A stretch of DNA of 64,000 nucleotides. Origin: a virus. Both the position numbers and the translations under genes were made by a program. Shown piece after piece: positions 60,845 through 64,000 of the stretch; positions within the stretch are counted from its first letter, which is position 1, and each line of letters opens with the position of its first letter. The stretch covers positions 1 through 64,000 of the IMG/VR virus record IMGVR_UViG_3300041583_000385; one strand, given 5' to 3'. Below the pieces are notes generated by a model. It worked only from the letters and a program-made list of their open reading frames with translations, did no database searches and was not told the DNA's origin.

Positions 60845-61915
60845 ATGGCAAAAGATTATTACGAGATATTAGGAGTAGATAAAGGAGCATCAGAGGATAA
60901 AATCAAGAAAGCTTATCGTAAAATGGCGATGAAGTATCACCCTGATAAGAATCCAGATAATGAAGCGGCTGAGTCTAAATTCAAAGAAGCGGCTGAGGCA
61001 TATGATACACTTTCATCGAAAGAAAAGAAAGAAAGTTATGATAGATTCGGTCCGGGTGGTAGTCCATTTGGACAGGGTAACCCATTTGCTAACTCCGGTG
61101 GAGGTGGTGGATACGGATTTAATATGGAAGATATATTTAGTCAATTCGGTGATATTTTTGGTGGTCAATTTGGTGGTCAACAAAAAAGAACTAAAAAAGG
61201 ATCTGATTTAAGAATAAAAGTTTCTTTAACTATTGAAGATGTATTAAACGGTACTAGTAAGAAGATAAAATATAAAAGACAAGATTCTTGTAATAGTTGC
61301 TCGGGTAAAGGAGGAACTGATGTTAAAAATTGTATTCCTTGTGGTGGGAGAGGTAGTAGAATAATTCTACAACAAACACCATTTGGTCAAGTTAGGCAAC
61401 AAGCACCCTGTCCTGATTGTCAAGGTTCTGGTAAACAAGTGACTAATAAATGTGGTGTTTGTCACGGAGCTGGTACTAATGTTAAAGATGAAATTGTAGA
61501 GGTTGATATCCCAGCTGGTGTTTCAAATGGAATGCAACTTAATATGAGAAGTTATGGTAACCATATAAGAGATGGTGTACCTGGTGATTTACATATAATG
61601 ATTGATGAAGTTAGAGAATTCTATTTCAAAAGAGATGGTAATAACTTAATCGTTGAGAAAGAAATATCTGTTATAGATGCTATCTTAGGAGCACATCTTA
61701 AAGTTAAAACACCACACGGTGATTTACCATTGACAATAGATGAGGGGACTCAACATGGTAAAACTATTAGAGTTTCGGGTAAAGGAGTTCCTGATGTTAA
61801 TTTGGGACTTGGGGATTTATTTGTAGTTGTTAATGTTAGAATACCACAAAATATTTCTATGGATGAGAAGTATATACTTGAGAAGTTAAAGAAATCTAAG
61901 AATTTCGAAGCATGA
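60845..61915 (+). CDS. dnaJ: Molecular chaperone DnaJ
   Basis: J domain HPD, G/F region, four CxxCxGxG motifs. Confidence 0.96.
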   Translation: MAKDYYEILGVDKGASEDKIKKAYRKMAMKYHPDKNPDNEAAESKFKEAAEAYDTLSSKEKKESYDRFGPGGSPFGQGNPFANSGGGGGYGFNMEDIFSQFGDIFGGQFGGQQKRTKKGSDLRIKVSLTIEDVLNGTSKKIKYKRQDSCNSCSGKGGTDVKNCIPCGGRGSRIILQQTPFGQVRQQAPCPDCQGSGKQVTNKCGVCHGAGTNVKDEIVEVDIPAGVSNGMQLNMRSYGNHIRDGVPGDLHIMIDEVREFYFKRDGNNLIVEKEISVIDAILGAHLKVKTPHGDLPLTIDEGTQHGKTIRVSGKGVPDVNLGLGDLFVVVNVRIPQNISMDEKYILEKLKKSKNFEA

Positions 61916-62124
61916 TGAAACATCCAAAATTAAATAGTGTTGTGTATCATACTACTATGCCAAAAAAACCAATTGAGGGTAATATTTATTATAATTCGAT
62001 AGAATCAACTAATTATATTTACCAAGAAGATGGTAAATGGAAATCATTAACCTTTCATTCTGATATTTGGTATGGTATAAATGTTGATAGAAAGAAAAAA
62101 ATCAAGAATATTTATGAGCAATAG
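61912..62124 (+). CDS. Small protein with tail-fibre-like motif and C-terminal tag
   Basis: [12 protein letters not shown]...YIY...W; ends [12 protein letters not shown]. Confidence 0.6.
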   Translation: MMKHPKLNSVVYHTTMPKKPIEGNIYYNSIESTNYIYQEDGKWKSLTFHSDIWYGINVDRKKKIKNIYEQ

Positions 62125-62248
62125 TTATGTTGATTATATCACTACACACTTAGATAAAAGTATTACTTATTCCGAATATTTAGCTGAGAATTTAAATAAA
62201 AATATTGCTGCCGAATATTTAAGAAAGGAATCGAGAATGAATAATTGA
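62114..62248 (+). CDS. 44-aa ORF resembling a prohead core/scaffold repeat
   Basis: YVDYITTHLDKSITYSEYLAENLNKNIAAEYL; not in the ORF track. Confidence 0.4.
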   Translation: MSNSYVDYITTHLDKSITYSEYLAENLNKNIAAEYLRKESRMNN

Positions 62249-62294
62249 TTCCCCGTAATGGAATCAAAATGAATAAAATAAAATCAATATTCAA

Positions 62295-62603
62295 ATGAAT
62301 TATGTTTATATAATATCTTGTCAACGTGGACAAGCACTACCAGAAATATACTCTATGTGGATCACATATGAAAAAGCAATAACCGCTTATTATGATTGTT
62401 GTGTTAGTGATGGTAATAGAACAAGTTTTAAGAGATTGTATAAATTTCCATTAGATGAACTATACTGTGATATAAACAAATGGAGTGATATTAAGATGGG
62501 TAAAACTTGTAAATACCTACTTAAATTCGATTTCAAAGATTTAAAATCAGAACATCTATCAGTGAGTCGTGATAATAAGATAAGTGAATTGGGTATTGAT
62601 TAA
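62295..62603 (+). CDS. Hypothetical protein, C-terminal tag
   Basis: Ends SRDNKISELGID. Confidence 0.65.
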   Translation: MNYVYIISCQRGQALPEIYSMWITYEKAITAYYDCCVSDGNRTSFKRLYKFPLDELYCDINKWSDIKMGKTCKYLLKFDFKDLKSEHLSVSRDNKISELGID

Positions 62604-62779
62604 TCAATACTTTTTTTATGCTTTGGTTTTCTTGTATAAGTCTTTTTTGATGTATGAACTTTATGCGTAGCAGTCCACCCAATTGAATTTTCCAATTCAA
62701 TTTCCCTAGAGATTTTCTTGTTTTGTGTAAGAATTTGCTCTTGTGTTATTTTCCCTATCTTGATTACTTTAGTGTTCAT
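62600..62779 (-). CDS. Small basic protein with ArfA-like C-terminal motif
   Basis: HKVHTSKKTYTRKPKHK; TAGATTTG upstream. Confidence 0.55.
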   Translation of the reverse strand: MNTKVIKIGKITQEQILTQNKKISREIELENSIGWTATHKVHTSKKTYTRKPKHKKSID

Positions 62780-62848
62780 AATAACAAATCTACGAAAAAT
62801 AACCGGAATCACCAAATTTATATATAGAGATAAATATAAATACATTTT

Positions 62849-63637
62849 ATGTCTAATAACAATAATTACGTACCATACCAAGGAGGTTATACAATAGATG
62901 AACTAATTGATATGGTTCAATTTGAATTAAACGTTGCTTGTGCATTACCTAAAACACTACCAGATGCTGCTATTAGACAAATAATTGAAGTAAGAGCATT
63001 ACCTTGGTTTTATCGTAATTACCAATACGCTGTTCAAAAAATGTATTTCTTTATAAATAAAGAAGCATTTACTTGTGAAGAATTTACAAAATATAATTTT
63101 GTTCAAGTTCCTTGTGAAATACAATCTGTTATTTATTTATATGAAGTTAGAGGTGATTCTTTATTTCAATTGGGTCTAAACACTCCTAATATGTCGGTTA
63201 ACTTAGGTGTTACAAACCAACCATATCTATCATCATATGTTACTACAATAGGTGAATTGGGTGTTTATAAGACTATATTAGATTCGATGTCTGATATGAT
63301 GAATCAATTAAATAAATATACATTAAAATACCACTTTAATCAATTAAATCATAGACTTAATATATTGACTGATGTTCAACATCACGTTATTATGGAAGCT
63401 TATGCTGATATACCTAAAGAGAATTTATATAAAGATGATTTGTTCTTTAAATACATTACTGGGTATGCTAAGCAACAACTGGGTAACTTGGTTGGAAGGT
63501 ACGATTTCGTTTTGCCCGGTGGTATTAAGATACAAGCATCTGACCTTATCTCACAAGGTAAAGAAGAGGTTAAAGAAGTTGAAGAGGAAATTAAAGGACA
63601 GAGTAATAGTTCGTGGTTTTACATGGTCAAGAAGTGA
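62849..63637 (+). CDS. Neck protein (T4 gp13-like)
   Basis: FKYITGYAKQQLGNLVGRY..VLPGGI.I...L...GKEE. Confidence 0.75.
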   Translation: MSNNNNYVPYQGGYTIDELIDMVQFELNVACALPKTLPDAAIRQIIEVRALPWFYRNYQYAVQKMYFFINKEAFTCEEFTKYNFVQVPCEIQSVIYLYEVRGDSLFQLGLNTPNMSVNLGVTNQPYLSSYVTTIGELGVYKTILDSMSDMMNQLNKYTLKYHFNQLNHRLNILTDVQHHVIMEAYADIPKENLYKDDLFFKYITGYAKQQLGNLVGRYDFVLPGGIKIQASDLISQGKEEVKEVEEEIKGQSNSSWFYMVKK

Positions 63638-63717
63638 TACCTACACACTCACTTGATTCCAGAGGTATTCATTAGGAGAAGCTTACAATATAATATATAA
63701 TAAAACTAAGTTATATT

Positions 63718-64000
63718 ATGAGTGAGTTAAACAAAACGGACTTAATCAAAACCACATTTATTTATACATTATCCGATGATAGTGGAATAAGGTATGTTGG
63801 TAAAAGTAATTTTCCAAATAAGAGATATTATAATCATATAAAAACTTGTAATAGAACAAATACATATAAAAATAATTGGATAAAGTCACTTCTAAATGAG
63901 TGTAAAAAACCAATACTGAATATTATAGATGAGGTACCAATCACAGAATGGCAATTTTGGGAAAAATACTGGATATCAAAACTTAGATCAGATGGTAATA
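63718..64000 (+). CDS. GIY-YIG endonuclease (partial, runs off window)
   Basis: FIYTL..GIRYVGKS..P..R...H, WEKYWI. Confidence 0.75.
   Translation, partial: MSELNKTDLIKTTFIYTLSDDSGIRYVGKSNFPNKRYYNHIKTCNRTNTYKNNWIKSLLNECKKPILNIIDEVPITEWQFWEKYWISKLRSDGN

Noticed and set aside
38092-61915. Bacterial chromosome origin suggested by dnaK, dnaJ, grpE, nusG and adk
   Set aside because: Interspersed with T4-like gp32, gp52, gp39, rnh, gp13 and homing endonucleases; no bacterial operon context
14658-62603. Diversity-generating retroelement or DNA repeat as the source of the shared C-terminal tag
   Set aside because: No reverse transcriptase in the window; the similarity is at peptide level with divergent codons and no template/variable repeat pair was seen
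1-64000. Genome-wide TAG (or TGA) reassignment suggested by the CUA tRNA
   Set aside because: Conserved genes (dnaK, topoisomerase subunits, dnaJ, cca) are full length in code 11; the broken genes are disrupted by TAA, frameshifts or junctions rather than in-frame TAG

Overview
AT-rich, gene-dense segment of a large T4-like (jumbo) phage, most likely infecting a Bacteroidetes host. Host evidence: TAnnTTTG-type promoters, a stand-alone T9SS type-B C-terminal domain and DUF6576-like tails. Recognisable genes: gp32-like SSB, type II topoisomerase (gp52 and gp39/60), RNase H-like 5'-3' exonuclease, gp13-like neck protein, amidase endolysin, DnaK/DnaJ/GrpE, NusG, UvsE, dCMP deaminase, adenylate kinase, a DNA methyltransferase, about 10 homing-endonuclease genes or relics, and an RNA maturation/repair set (CCA-adding enzyme, 2H phosphoesterase, Rnl1, second RNA ligase, RlaP-like NTase, HAD phosphatase). 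Not shown by the ORF track: a compact RNase P-like RNA (22921-23156, -) and a CUA-anticodon tRNA (17647-17717, -). Two peptide tags recur across the proteome. (1) An N-terminal T4-like capsid-targeting motif (MKYLKKYKIFES-like), also found on the CCA enzyme and RNA ligase 1. (2) A C-terminal R-[DEN]-x-K-[IL]-x-x-[IL]-[LIV] tag on more than 20 unrelated small proteins, several of which resemble fragments of capsid, portal or tail-fibre proteins; this is a candidate undescribed tagged decoy/adaptor system. Many gene remnants with deletion scars are present. All calls come from motif recognition by eye, without database searches.
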